From positions 124,001 through 188,000 of IMG/VR virus record IMGVR_UViG_3300025000_000053: DNA of 64,000 nt; one strand, given 5' to 3'. A program made the position numbers and the translations under genes. How positions within the stretch are numbered: position 1 is the stretch's first letter; each line of letters starts with the position of its first letter. The notes under the pieces were generated by a model. That model was not told where the DNA came from and did not search any database. It saw only the letters and a program-made list of their open reading frames with translations. Of the stretch, positions 1-10,726 are shown one piece after another.

Positions 1-1
1 T

Positions 2-2389
2 ATTGGTTTTATTAAAGAAGATTTTATAGATGAAAGATATAGATTATTGTATAAGAGGTCTGAATTTTTTAATAAAGAATTATCTCTTTTTGATATAGCA
101 AATAATTCAAAAATTTTTATGAAAACCTTTATGGTGTTTATTAATGGTAAATTTTTTGATAATACTAAATTATTATGTAAGGGTGATACAACATATATTA
201 TTTTTGATATAGCTGAGATAAATAACACTAATGGTATTCCTTATGAATATTTTGAAGAATTATTAACTATGGATGCCGATATTAGTATTATTATTATACC
301 AAACTGTGAATATGGTATATATAATACCAATATCAATGTATTACGAGCTAATTCAAATGAATTGGCTTTAAGTAGATTTAATTTAGTTAATAGTTTAGAT
401 ACTGAAAGTCAATATATTACTTTTGTTAATAATAATTCTTTCTTATTTTCCTCTGTTATAACGGATAGTGAAAATTCAGAAAGTCTTTTAAGATTTTATG
501 ATAATACTTTTAGTAATTTTGATAGTGTATTAATTCATATTAATATATTTGGTTTTAGACATTTATTAGACCAAATTGATTTAATCGGAACTGATAAATA
601 CTTCCAAATACCAATTCAAAATATGCCAATACCAATAGAAAACATAATGATTTTTAGAAATATTGATGGTAAAAAGTATTTTGCACATGATATCCAGTTA
701 AAGTTGTATTATCCTAATATTTATGAAGTTCTTAATAATTATAATGATAATGATTTAACATTATATGTATTTTATTCAAATAATACATTTACTTCTGAAA
801 AATATAAAAATGAATTAGAATTATATCATCAGTTGACAGATAATGTTTTAAATAAATATAAAGATAATTCTATTTCAGATATTATTAAAAACTTTCAACC
901 TGATACTCTTGTATATGATTTAAATGATTTTAAAGAATTATCTTCAACACCAACAGAATATAAAATGAACACTTTAGATGAATGGGTTAAACAAAATGCT
1001 AATTTATTACAAAGTTATTTAAATAACCAAGCTAAAAAATCTGATGGCTATTATTTAGATATATCAAAAATTGATTTATCTACTAGATATAGGGAGAATA
1101 ATTATACTGAGATTATTGATGATAATTTAAGAGAGGTTTTTAATGAGCCACGTTATGTATTTATTTTTAGAAATGAATTTAATTCTGAATCTCTTAATTT
1201 AAGATTTTTTATTGATGGTATATTATATATACCCGATAAAGTTTATAAAACCGATAAATATGAATTTTTTTATATTCCTATAACTCTAATTAATGCAAAT
1301 TCTATAGTAGAAATAGAAAAAGTAAATAAAATATTTTTTAATCAAGTAATTAATATAAGTTCAATTGATGATTACATTGAATTAAATTTTCCAATAGAAA
1401 TTTCAGCCAATGATGTTTTTATTATTGATAATAATACTAATGTTTATATAGATAGAGATAAATTTTCTTTATACATCAAAGATGATGAAAATAATTATAA
1501 TGAAATAGTAAATAAATCATTTATTTCGTCAGCTGTATTTTATGTTAAACTAAAAGATGAGAACTTATTATTACAAAATTTATCATTAAATGTTATAAAA
1601 AATAGTTTAATTTATACTTGGTCTATTTTAACAGAAGAAGATAAAACTAGTTCATACACTATAAATAATAGTTTAATAAATGATAGAAGACAATTTAGAA
1701 TATTTAAAAATGAGGTATATATATTACCTAATTATAGCTATAATATAACCTTTGTTGATATTAATACTGTGATAGTTGATATTATCATGATAAAAAATAT
1801 AGGTGATGTTTTTACAATAGAAATTTCTCCAGATAAATTTAAAATGGTTTATGAACAAGATGAAATTGAAAGTAGTGGATTGGTTGATTTAACTGGGTTG
1901 ATATATAAACCTTTAGATTTAAATTGGTATGATATTTTTTTAAATGGTATTAAATTAAATAAAAATAATATAGAAATTTTATCACCAACTAAAATGATTA
2001 TTAAAGGAATAAATTCAACTAAAAATTTAGTTATATTTGAGAAAAATAGAGATAATGAATTTATATCTATAAAAAATAGTGAACCTTCTTTGATTGATAA
2101 TGTAATAAAAAATATAGATGATTTTAAAAATCTTGTTACTAGTGAAAATGAGGATATTGTTGATTCAATGCCTAATAATAAAGATAATGTGTTTTCTTTA
2201 TTATATAATTTACATGAAAAAATATTAAAAGATAGATTCTTAAATCCAGATACAGATCAAGTTTCTGTTGAAAATAGAGAATACTTCACAACAGTTTTTA
2301 CTGATGATAATAGTACATTTATTGTAAATCCTGATTTAAAAAAATATTCTAATATACAAACTGATTTAGAATTAAATCCTAATAAATAA
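2..2389 (+). CDS. Large putative virion structural protein, 5'-truncated by the window edge
   Basis: Frame is open from position 2 (IGFIKEDFIDERYRLLYKRSE...), so the track's TTG at 47 is not the true start. N/I/D-rich and beta-rich composition; first gene of a + strand block whose other genes carry late-type promoters. Confidence 0.5.
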   Translation: MGFIKEDFIDERYRLLYKRSEFFNKELSLFDIANNSKIFMKTFMVFINGKFFDNTKLLCKGDTTYIIFDIAEINNTNGIPYEYFEELLTMDADISIIIIPNCEYGIYNTNINVLRANSNELALSRFNLVNSLDTESQYITFVNNNSFLFSSVITDSENSESLLRFYDNTFSNFDSVLIHINIFGFRHLLDQIDLIGTDKYFQIPIQNMPIPIENIMIFRNIDGKKYFAHDIQLKLYYPNIYEVLNNYNDNDLTLYVFYSNNTFTSEKYKNELELYHQLTDNVLNKYKDNSISDIIKNFQPDTLVYDLNDFKELSSTPTEYKMNTLDEWVKQNANLLQSYLNNQAKKSDGYYLDISKIDLSTRYRENNYTEIIDDNLREVFNEPRYVFIFRNEFNSESLNLRFFIDGILYIPDKVYKTDKYEFFYIPITLINANSIVEIEKVNKIFFNQVINISSIDDYIELNFPIEISANDVFIIDNNTNVYIDRDKFSLYIKDDENNYNEIVNKSFISSAVFYVKLKDENLLLQNLSLNVIKNSLIYTWSILTEEDKTSSYTINNSLINDRRQFRIFKNEVYILPNYSYNITFVDINTVIVDIIMIKNIGDVFTIEISPDKFKMVYEQDEIESSGLVDLTGLIYKPLDLNWYDIFLNGIKLNKNNIEILSPTKMIIKGINSTKNLVIFEKNRDNEFISIKNSEPSLIDNVIKNIDDFKNLVTSENEDIVDSMPNNKDNVFSLLYNLHEKILKDRFLNPDTDQVSVENREYFTTVFTDDNSTFIVNPDLKKYSNIQTDLELNPNK

Positions 2390-2470
2390 TTTTATAGATA
2401 CCTTTGTGATATAACATGAAGGTATCTAAAACATTTAAATAATAAAAAATGAAAAGGGGTGTATTGAATA

Positions 2471-3091
2471 ATGCCAGATCGTATAGCGATATCACTATTA
2501 TCAAGAGAAAACAAGGCCGATGCTTTACCTGAAGAGGTAATGATTCATAAAACCACAGGGCAAATTTTAATTAAAACCACAGCTGGTGATATAATCTCTT
2601 TTGATTCATTAAATAGAATAAAAAGTCATATAGATAATACAACTACCACATGTTTAAATTTAGATATTAGAGGTGATATGTCTTCAATAGAAATAAGTGA
2701 AACTGAATTACCATCTATTATATCATATGATACAAATATTTTAACAAATTCTATAATACTATATCAAAATAAAGAATTTGCCAAAACAATATTATCTATT
2801 GATTTAGACTGTATTAAATTATCAGACACATCATCTTTAACTGGGTTTGATCCTATTGCTAATATAGATTTTGTATTTACAAAAACAGGTGTTACTAAAA
2901 CTTTTAATATACAGTTACCAATATCAGATTTAAATCAAACCGTTATAGATCATATTGCTTTTTTAGATTCTGGTGAAAGTTTAGGGGATTTTATTATTTC
3001 ATTAGATAGTATTAAATTCAATAAGAATATTTTAGACATAGATAATAAGAATATAAGTATTTTATATAGTATTTTGGTTATAACAGAATAG
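2471..3091 (+). CDS. Hypothetical protein, probably virion-associated
   Basis: 206 aa; RBS AAGGGGGTG; AACA-N6-TA motif at 2430-2441. Confidence 0.5.
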   Translation: MPDRIAISLLSRENKADALPEEVMIHKTTGQILIKTTAGDIISFDSLNRIKSHIDNTTTTCLNLDIRGDMSSIEISETELPSIISYDTNILTNSIILYQNKEFAKTILSIDLDCIKLSDTSSLTGFDPIANIDFVFTKTGVTKTFNIQLPISDLNQTVIDHIAFLDSGESLGDFIISLDSIKFNKNILDIDNKNISILYSILVITE

Positions 3092-3104
3092 GAGGGTTTT
3101 AATT

Positions 3105-3461
3105 ATGGCTTCTACACTTAAACCTATAAAACAATTGAAACAAAATTCTGCTAATATAAGTGATATTTTAAAATCTTTTGTATTTGGTGATACCGATATA
3201 AAAGAATATAATCCAAACACCATTTATATGAAAGGTAATCTAATTATAAAATTAAATGAAATTACAGGTAAGTATGAAGTTTTACACTGTAAAACTGATA
3301 ACATTACAGGAATATTTAATATTAATAATTGGAGTATAACTATAGTTAATGATATAGTGATACAGGATATAATTAATAATAATTTGATAAAATTATCAGA
3401 AACAGAACCAGATGATATAAATAATCAAATTTGGTTTCAAACAATTGCTATAAAAAGTTAA
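3105..3461 (+). CDS. Hypothetical protein, possible tail-fibre/minor virion protein
   Basis: RBS GGAGG. YNPNTIYMKG...W segment and C-terminal LSETEP...IWFQ resemble motifs of phage tail accessory proteins. Confidence 0.35.
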   Translation: MASTLKPIKQLKQNSANISDILKSFVFGDTDIKEYNPNTIYMKGNLIIKLNEITGKYEVLHCKTDNITGIFNINNWSITIVNDIVIQDIINNNLIKLSETEPDDINNQIWFQTIAIKS

Positions 3462-3579
3462 TAAATATTATAAAGAATGATATAAATAATTTTTTTATTT
3501 TATCATTCTTTATAATATATTTTATCTAAATTAAACAATATCATAAGTGTTATAATAAAAGGAGGGTTATTATCAAATT

Positions 3580-4110
3580 ATGTTTAATTTTTTTAAAAAA
3601 GAACCATGTGACCTAACGGAACATACATTCTTTTCAAACATTAATTATTGGGTCAACATCGGTATCGACAAAATTCCTATTAATAATCCTATAAAAAAAA
3701 GAGTTGTTAGTAAATTTTTAAAAATCAAATTTCTTTCATATGACAAACACTTAAAAGAGTTCATCAAAAAAACCCTTACTATAACTAAGGAGTGTGATAT
3801 AGTTGAAATACAAAATTTATTGATTAATATTGTAAAAGACTATGAAGATGAGATTAATAAAAAAGGTATTCCTGATATATTTATAGAAAAATTTAAAAAG
3901 CTCCATGAGAATAATCTTCAAATAATATTTGATGCAATTGGTTCTATATGTACAAGTAAATTCTATGATTCTTTACATGAAAAAATGGCAGCTATACTAG
4001 ACATATTATTATTTTCATTTAGAGTTACATTTACAGATGTTGAACAAACTATCAATGAACTAAATGGTGAAATAGAAAGTGTATTAAAAGGTTCTATTTT
4101 TGATATTTAG
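3580..4110 (+). CDS. Hypothetical helical protein
   Basis: 176 aa; RBS GGAGG; AACA-N6-TA at 3534-3545. Confidence 0.6.
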   Translation: MFNFFKKEPCDLTEHTFFSNINYWVNIGIDKIPINNPIKKRVVSKFLKIKFLSYDKHLKEFIKKTLTITKECDIVEIQNLLINIVKDYEDEINKKGIPDIFIEKFKKLHENNLQIIFDAIGSICTSKFYDSLHEKMAAILDILLFSFRVTFTDVEQTINELNGEIESVLKGSIFDI

Positions 4111-4138
4111 AATAAGATGAACCTTGGAGGTTTTTATT

Positions 4139-4636
4139 ATGGAAAATCTTAATATTGAGGCATTCTTACAATATGGGGTTCTTGGTATTATAGCTTGGGT
4201 TTTTTTAAAAATGACTAGTAAACTTTTCAATTCTCAATTAGAACAATTTAAACTCTTACTTGATACAGTTATTGAAAAAGATGGTAAACCAATAAAAGAC
4301 ATTGAAGAAAGTGTCTCATTAACACAACAGATGATGAATAATCATCAAAAATACCTAATCGAAAATATACATAATTTGACAGATAAGGTTAACAGTTGTT
4401 TAAATGAAAAAGATGATATTTGGAAATTATTTATGAATCATGAACAACAATCAATACAACATATACAAGATATAAATGAACGTTTAAATGAATTTAGAAC
4501 ACTTTTAAATAGTATTGAAAAAAGATATAATATGAAATTGTCATGTGAAAAATTAGAATTTTTGTTAACACAAAAAACAGCATTGACACAATCTGAGATA
4601 AGGGACATAATTGATAATGCTAAAATTATTGAATAA
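4139..4636 (+). CDS. Holin-like protein (BhlA/UviB-type N-terminal TM helix plus coiled coil)
   Basis: GGAGG at 4126-4130 favours ATG 4139 over the track's 4124. N-terminal FLQYGVLGIIAWVFL hydrophobic helix followed by coiled coil. Confidence 0.45.
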   Translation: MENLNIEAFLQYGVLGIIAWVFLKMTSKLFNSQLEQFKLLLDTVIEKDGKPIKDIEESVSLTQQMMNNHQKYLIENIHNLTDKVNSCLNEKDDIWKLFMNHEQQSIQHIQDINERLNEFRTLLNSIEKRYNMKLSCEKLEFLLTQKTALTQSEIRDIIDNAKIIE

Positions 4637-4643
4637 AAAAATA

Positions 4644-4680
4644 ATATGATAAGATGATTTCTTATATCATCTTATCATAT
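4644..4680. terminator. Bidirectional intrinsic terminator between convergent blocks
   Basis: ATATGATAAGATGAT-ttcttat-ATCATCTTATCATAT, 15-bp stem with A/T tracts on both sides. Confidence 0.75.
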
Positions 4681-4683
4681 TTA

Positions 4684-4935
4684 TTATTTTGTAACCAAAA
4701 TAAATCTATTATCCAAAATTGAATAATGTGGATACTTAGATTTAAATTCAATCGCAAACTTACTTTTATTTAATAGTTCTTGCAATTCATCTGAAATAAG
4801 CTCATCAATTTTTTCTTTAGCATCTAATGATTTCATACATAATTCATAAATTCTACATTCTTCTGGGAGACATGATTCATCCCAAATTAAACAACTTGAC
4901 ATAATTGCTTGTCTTAACTGACCATTTGTAACCAA
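4684..4935 (-). CDS. Hypothetical protein
   Basis: 83 aa ORF with RBS AAGGGG. Confidence 0.6.
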   Translation of the reverse strand: MVTNGQLRQAIMSSCLIWDESCLPEECRIYELCMKSLDAKEKIDELISDELQELLNKSKFAIEFKSKYPHYSILDNRFILVTK

Positions 4936-5019
4936 TTAAATTTCCCCTTCCTTGTATTTCTTTTAGGTATTTTTATATTTAATAATTACTTTTTTCATAA
5001 AATACCCATTTCCTTTCTT

Positions 5020-5313
5020 TTATAAATTCTTTATCTTTAATGGTTTTATACTAGAAATCCAAACACTGCTAGAACTACCTTCCATAGTATCCCATTCATA
5101 TCTTATTTCAATTTCATAAGTTTCGGTTATAATCTTATAAATTTTAGTATAAAAACACCAATAAACATATTCATCGTATCCTTGCTTTGATGTATAACTA
5201 TTAATTAATGAAACCTTTAAAGGAACATAATTGTATTTCTTTAAATATTCCTTTACTTCTTTGGGTAAAAGGAATATTCTTATCTTCATATATAATTTTA
5301 AGAAATTCACCAT
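5020..5313 (-). CDS. Hypothetical protein
   Basis: 97 aa; translationally coupled to the upstream ORF; RBS GGAGG. Confidence 0.6.
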   Translation of the reverse strand: MVNFLKLYMKIRIFLLPKEVKEYLKKYNYVPLKVSLINSYTSKQGYDEYVYWCFYTKIYKIITETYEIEIRYEWDTMEGSSSSVWISSIKPLKIKNL

Positions 5314-5678
5314 AAGTTATTTTCCTCCTTTTCTAAATAAGGAAATTTAATATCAAATACCTCTTTATTATACAAATCCTTTTTATAACAATCTTTACAA
5401 AAGGGATACTCTTTTTTAGTATCCCTATGTATTAATCTTATGTCAGTCACAGCCTTACATACAACACATTCTTCAAATAACAAAATACTTTTATTATCTA
5501 TTTTTGTTATGTCAATTTCTTCATAACAAGTAAAATATTTAATATTAAACAAATTAATGTGTTTCTCTTTCATATTTATTAGTTTCATACTTAGAATGTG
5601 ATTAGATGAATTAAATTCAGTTACTAAAAAAGTTTGTATTAAACCATTTTTCCAATAAATCGTTAACAATTTTCTCAT
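5307..5678 (-). CDS. Hypothetical protein with CxxC...CxxC zinc ribbon
   Basis: CVVC and CKDC motifs. Confidence 0.6.
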   Translation of the reverse strand: MRKLLTIYWKNGLIQTFLVTEFNSSNHILSMKLINMKEKHINLFNIKYFTCYEEIDITKIDNKSILLFEECVVCKAVTDIRLIHRDTKKEYPFCKDCYKKDLYNKEVFDIKFPYLEKEENNLW

Positions 5679-5693
5679 ATTTATTCATCTCCA

Positions 5694-7820
5694 CTATTTT
5701 TTATTATGTTTCAACGACATTTTAGGAATTGTTCGTAATTTATAATTTTTAACTGCTTCTTCCATAAAATAGTTATGAATATTAAATCCATTACTTACAT
5801 TATTCTTTAATAAAGAATATTTACCTTCTTTATTCATAACATATGTGTTTACATTATCTTTAAAATAATATGTTAATATGGATAAAGCTTTTATTTTTAT
5901 GTTTTCTTCTTCTAAAGGAATTAAAATTTCTACCCTTCTATCTAAATTCCTAGTAAGTAAATCAGCACTTGAAATATAAATACCACTATTATGAAAATAA
6001 TACATACGACTATGTTCTAGATATCTACCTATTACACTTCTAATAGTTATATTTTTATTAATAGGTTTCATAGAACAAATTCCTCTACAAATAATATTAA
6101 TCTTTACTCCATTTTCAGATGCAAAGTATAATTTCTTTATTATATCTTTGTCAGACAATGAATTTAATTTTAATGTAATACATGTTTTCTTTTTATTTTT
6201 AGCTTGTTTAATTTCATTATCTATCAACTGGTATATTTTATTCCTTAGATTATATGGAGCAAAATATAACTTATTAATATCTGTAGATGGTTCAGAAAAA
6301 CCTGATAATATATTAAATATATGAAGTAAGTCTTCACTTATTTTTTGATTAGAAGTGAAATAAGACAAATCTGTATAAATCTCAGATGTTTTGTCATTAT
6401 AATTACCTGTACCTAAATGAGAATATAATTTTAATCCTCCCTTATGAGTTCTTTTAACAACAACTATAAATTTACAATGAGTTTTTAATTCATCCATACC
6501 ATAAATTATTCTACAGCCAGCTAGTTTTAGTTTCTCTATTAAAGATATATTTCTATTTTCATCAAATCTAGCTTTTATTTCTAGTAAAACACTAACTTGT
6601 TTACCATTTATAGCTGCTTTACATAAAGCTTCAACTATAGGTGAATCTTTTGATGAAACTCTATATAAAGTTTGTTTAATAGCAACAACATTACTATCAA
6701 TAGAAGCATGTTCAATAAATTTTACTATTGGATCAAAACTTTCATATGGGTGATGTAATAAAATATCATTATTATCAATGGCTGTAAACATATCATGTTC
6801 ACCTATTAATTCTTGTGGATATTGAGAATTAAATTCATTATATTGTAAAATCTGATTTTTAATTGGCATAGATATAAGAAATGAATAATCCAATAAGTTA
6901 TCACTTTTAAATACATGACTTTTATTTAATTTAAACATTTTCATCAATATCTTTATTACTTGTTTAGATAAAGTATCTGTCACTTCCATAAATATAGGTT
7001 CACTATATTCTCTTAATAATAGAGAAGACTTCATTCTATCAACAAGATAAATATCTTTATCATGTTCAATTTCAATATTACCTTCTTTTAAAATTCTCAT
7101 GCATCCTTTATTTAAAATATTTTTATTAACAAATATTTTATTTAAAAATGTAAAAACAATATCCTCAAGGAATATATATTTATTTATTTCATCGTCAGTT
7201 TCAACTTTGTATAATCTTTCAAGATGTTCTATTGGTATTATAGAAATAACTTGAAGATTCTTATTATATTTATCCTCTAATGATACAATTATATTTAATT
7301 GTTTTGATTTAATAGGAGGGAATTCTTTAGTGGTATCATATGACATTGGAGTTAAAAGAGGGTAAATATTTTTATTAAATATATTCTCTATATATTCTCT
7401 TTCTTTCTTTGTTAAATTATCATACTTACAAATATGAATATTATTCTTATTGATAATTTTCAATAAATTTTTATAACTACTATTTTGTAATAACTTAAAT
7501 TCTTTAATTGATTCTAAAACCTTTTCATATTCTTCTTCATATGATAATCCAGATATATCATTATTCCTTTCATTAATAACATTATTAACTAGAGATGAAA
7601 ATCTAACCATAATAAATTCATCTAAATTACTAGAAGAAATGCCTAAAAATTTTAGTCTTTCTAATAAAGGTATTTCATCTCTAATACTTTGGTGTAAAAC
7701 CCTTTTATTAAAATCTAACCAACTTAATTCTCTATTGATATAAAAATGAGATTTATTAAAAGAATTAAATTGTTTTATTTCATTATTTAATAAGGTTGTA
7801 AAATTATCAGTTATAATCAA
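5694..7820 (-). CDS. ppk1: Polyphosphate kinase 1
   Basis: RELSWLDFNKRVL, ISSSNLDEFIMVR, HHPYESF, KQTLYR, KARFDE, LKTHCK (phospho-His), HLGTGNYN, RYLEHSR, SADLLTRNLDRRVE; full length, 708 aa. Confidence 0.95.
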   Translation of the reverse strand: MIITDNFTTLLNNEIKQFNSFNKSHFYINRELSWLDFNKRVLHQSIRDEIPLLERLKFLGISSSNLDEFIMVRFSSLVNNVINERNNDISGLSYEEEYEKVLESIKEFKLLQNSSYKNLLKIINKNNIHICKYDNLTKKEREYIENIFNKNIYPLLTPMSYDTTKEFPPIKSKQLNIIVSLEDKYNKNLQVISIIPIEHLERLYKVETDDEINKYIFLEDIVFTFLNKIFVNKNILNKGCMRILKEGNIEIEHDKDIYLVDRMKSSLLLREYSEPIFMEVTDTLSKQVIKILMKMFKLNKSHVFKSDNLLDYSFLISMPIKNQILQYNEFNSQYPQELIGEHDMFTAIDNNDILLHHPYESFDPIVKFIEHASIDSNVVAIKQTLYRVSSKDSPIVEALCKAAINGKQVSVLLEIKARFDENRNISLIEKLKLAGCRIIYGMDELKTHCKFIVVVKRTHKGGLKLYSHLGTGNYNDKTSEIYTDLSYFTSNQKISEDLLHIFNILSGFSEPSTDINKLYFAPYNLRNKIYQLIDNEIKQAKNKKKTCITLKLNSLSDKDIIKKLYFASENGVKINIICRGICSMKPINKNITIRSVIGRYLEHSRMYYFHNSGIYISSADLLTRNLDRRVEILIPLEEENIKIKALSILTYYFKDNVNTYVMNKEGKYSLLKNNVSNGFNIHNYFMEEAVKNYKLRTIPKMSLKHNKK

Positions 7821-7862
7821 ATTTATTACCCCCTAATATTTTATTTATTAGTATTCATTGTT

Positions 7863-7872
7863 ATAATATATA
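7863..7872 (-). promoter_or_regulatory. Putative early promoter TATATATTAT (representative copy, upstream of ppk1)
   Basis: Exact copies at 10798, 17472, 33512, 37829, 45268, 47581, 49479, 54921 and one-mismatch copies at 8994, 12704, all intergenic and upstream of minus-strand genes. Confidence 0.7.
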
Positions 7873-7911
7873 AATAAAAAGAAGATAACTATATAGTTAT
7901 CTTCTTTTTAT

Positions 7912-8148
7912 TTATATATAATCTTCATAGAAATATATTATTATATAAAAACCAAATATAATTAATTGAACTATATGATATTCATTTTTTATCAGACTCA
8001 AATTTAAAGTAAATGACCATGATACATTTGTAATAAAAGTAGATAATAGTAATTTCCATCCACCATATTTTTCCCTTTTAACTAAAAGAAAAATTGTTAA
8101 TAATGATAATAATATAGATAGATTACCTAAATAAAATAATTTAATCAT
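7912..8148 (-). CDS. Small membrane protein
   Basis: 78 aa with three hydrophobic stretches. Confidence 0.5.
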   Translation of the reverse strand: MIKLFYLGNLSILLSLLTIFLLVKREKYGGWKLLLSTFITNVSWSFTLNLSLIKNEYHIVQLIIFGFYIIIYFYEDYI

Positions 8149-8515
8149 TTTTATTTATTTGTAAAATATGACACCATTTAAAAAATCTATCACCATAATC
8201 TGTTGATATATTGACACCTCTCCAAGTAATTGCTTTTACAATACCGTGGTTTAAATTATTTTCATAGTTATAAATAACAGTATCACCTAAATTTATTTTA
8301 TTCCGAAGTAAACCACCACATCGTTCAATAATATGTCCACAATAAATATTTTTAATTATTTTATCTTCTGCAAAAGTTAATAAATCTATTTTATCTTCTT
8401 TTAAATTAATAAATAACGGTTTGGGTATAGATAAATGTATTTTTTTAGTAGAATTTAACTCTTTGATTAAATCAGTAAATTTTTCACCATACATAACTTC
8501 TCTAATTATCATCAA
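8141..8515 (-). CDS. Hypothetical protein
   Basis: 124 aa; RBS AAGGGG. Confidence 0.55.
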   Translation of the reverse strand: MMIIREVMYGEKFTDLIKELNSTKKIHLSIPKPLFINLKEDKIDLLTFAEDKIIKNIYCGHIIERCGGLLRNKINLGDTVIYNYENNLNHGIVKAITWRGVNISTDYGDRFFKWCHILQINKND

Positions 8516-8581
8516 GAATTTACCCCCTTAAATAAAAATATTAATTTAATGTATGTATTAAAATAAATTTCTATTTTTTCA

Positions 8582-8971
8582 TCAACTATAGATTCTTCCT
8601 TCTAAATCATCACTTAAAATTCCGTTTTTTAACCACCCATGATAACCATTTTGCCCTAAATGATTGATTGAAGGAGTAGCTGTTAAATTCGGTATTTCCC
8701 CTGTAATAATCCAACCGTGTTCTTTTCTTTTTCCATCAACCCCTCCACCAAATCTAGAATCAATTAACCAATGATGACCATTTGGTAAAACAATTATAAT
8801 CGGTAATCTCTTACCATACCAATCTCTAAAATATTCTGGAGAAATTATTTCTTTTTTGTAAACTTCAATTTCTAGTAAATCCTCATCACAATAAAACATA
8901 TCCCCAGGTTGTAATTTTTCACCTTTTTCTAACATCTCTTCATAGTTAATTAATCGGCATTTCCAAGACAT
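8582..8971 (-). CDS. DUF6527-like protein
   Basis: W-I-T-G...NLTATPSI...YHGWLKNG resembles DUF6527 (from memory); early-type motif at 8994-9002. Confidence 0.45.
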   Translation of the reverse strand: MSWKCRLINYEEMLEKGEKLQPGDMFYCDEDLLEIEVYKKEIISPEYFRDWYGKRLPIIIVLPNGHHWLIDSRFGGGVDGKRKEHGWIITGEIPNLTATPSINHLGQNGYHGWLKNGILSDDLEGRIYS

Positions 8972-9004
8972 ATTTTTTATCTCCTTTATATAAATAATAT
9001 ATTT

Positions 9005-10249
9005 TTACTTCTCTTCATTAAATCCATACACATCTAACATTAGTGTATTTATATATAAAGCATTAACATATACTAATAATCTATAAGTTGAATATATATT
9101 AACATTTTTTGTTATAAGTGTTAATGTATTAAAATCAATATCATATTCACCTATATCTCTATTTAACATTTTATTATCCATCATAACAGAAAATTTTAAA
9201 ATTGTTTCTAATGGAATACCATGAGTTAAACAATAGTCAATAGATGCTAGTATAGAGTTATTTAATACTTGTTTTATATTCATTAAATCAGGCATAGTAT
9301 CACTTTCAACTTTATATAAAGGATATGCATATAAAGTCCATCCATTAGGCATTTGTTCACTAAATAAATTATTTATTGTAAACATGGGTATTATTTGATT
9401 TTTATTATCAATAATCGACATATCAGTTTGTGTTATTATTCCTGAGGATTGTGTTACATAATAATATAAACCGGCTCCATTAAATTCTGTTGAGATTGTA
9501 AAAGTCGTAGCATATGAATCGGCAACCATTCCTTTCTTGTTACCATCATCAATAGCTAAATTAGAAAAAATTGTATCTATATTAACAGGATAAAATCTAA
9601 AAAATTCATCATTAGATGAAGCGTTCTTTACTTTATAAGTTACTGGATATATAGATACACTATTTATATAATCTAAAAAAGTTTTAATACTTCCATCAGG
9701 AGTATACAAATCAATTCCTATATCTTTAGATAAAAGTTCCATAAGCCCTCTAGGAACATAGCTTTCTAAACATGTTTCTAAAAAAAATGGTTTATCTTGT
9801 CTTATTCTATTCTTCAAATAATTAGCTTGATTTAATTGTTGTATTTGCGTATCTGTTACTATTGTTACATCAAAATACATTTTTATACGATTTAATAAAT
9901 ATTTTATATATACACCTTTTGTTTTATCTTCAATAAATGGTTGTAAATTACTAAAATCTATATCCATAAAATTATCTGTAATTCTAGTAGTTAAGTATGT
10001 TCCGTAGAGAAATGTGTCACTATCATCTAATTCAATTCTTGGTTTAATTATTAATATAGGTTTATTCTTTTTTATAAATTCTCTATTTGAGTTTTGAAAT
10101 ATATTGAATTGTTTATAAGCTATAGTAGAACTAATATGAATTGTTTTAAAATAATTTGGAACAAATAAACCTCTAACAAATTCTGTCATAAAAGAAGTGA
10201 TATTACCAAAAGTATGTGCTAAAGATGTTTGAGCCATAGCATATTCCAT
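9005..10249 (-). CDS. Putative jumbo-phage virion/core protein
   Basis: 414 aa; RBS GGAGG; late-type promoter AACA-TTCATT-TA at 10279-10290. Confidence 0.45.
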   Translation of the reverse strand: MEYAMAQTSLAHTFGNITSFMTEFVRGLFVPNYFKTIHISSTIAYKQFNIFQNSNREFIKKNKPILIIKPRIELDDSDTFLYGTYLTTRITDNFMDIDFSNLQPFIEDKTKGVYIKYLLNRIKMYFDVTIVTDTQIQQLNQANYLKNRIRQDKPFFLETCLESYVPRGLMELLSKDIGIDLYTPDGSIKTFLDYINSVSIYPVTYKVKNASSNDEFFRFYPVNIDTIFSNLAIDDGNKKGMVADSYATTFTISTEFNGAGLYYYVTQSSGIITQTDMSIIDNKNQIIPMFTINNLFSEQMPNGWTLYAYPLYKVESDTMPDLMNIKQVLNNSILASIDYCLTHGIPLETILKFSVMMDNKMLNRDIGEYDIDFNTLTLITKNVNIYSTYRLLVYVNALYINTLMLDVYGFNEEK

Positions 10250-10342
10250 AGAATTAACCTCCTATTTTATATATGTATTAAATGAATGTTTTGTTATAAA
10301 GAATAAATGAAAAAAATAAAGGTGAATAATTTCACCTTTATT

Positions 10343-10726
10343 TTATCTAAGATTCTCAATATTAAAATTCTCTTTAATATACTTCACTTCTGGTGAAGGT
10401 TGAAATTCACCTTTAGGGATATATATTGCTAACATATCCCTACCATTTGGGTCTTTAGAAGATATAGTAACGACATACTTTGTATTTACATCAAAGTTTG
10501 TTTTACCTTCTCCTTTATAAATAATACTACAATTTTTAGGGATAATTAATGTCACTTTATCCCTAACCAATAAGTATCTATTAAATTTCATAGGGTCATT
10601 TGTCACCCGAATAAGATACTGATTATCTATATCAATTTTATTGATAAGATGCTCCAACTCGTCTTTCGTTAATTCGGGTGCCCTTTTACTGATTATCCCA
10701 ATCAGTCGGGCAACCTTCACCTCCAA
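10343..10726 (-). CDS. Hypothetical protein; start possibly the ATT at 10756
   Basis: Own early-type promoter at 10798-10807. A strong AGGAGG at 10765-10770 lies 8 nt before an in-frame ATT. Confidence 0.6.
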   Translation of the reverse strand: MEVKVARLIGIISKRAPELTKDELEHLINKIDIDNQYLIRVTNDPMKFNRYLLVRDKVTLIIPKNCSIIYKGEGKTNFDVNTKYVVTISSKDPNGRDMLAIYIPKGEFQPSPEVKYIKENFNIENLR

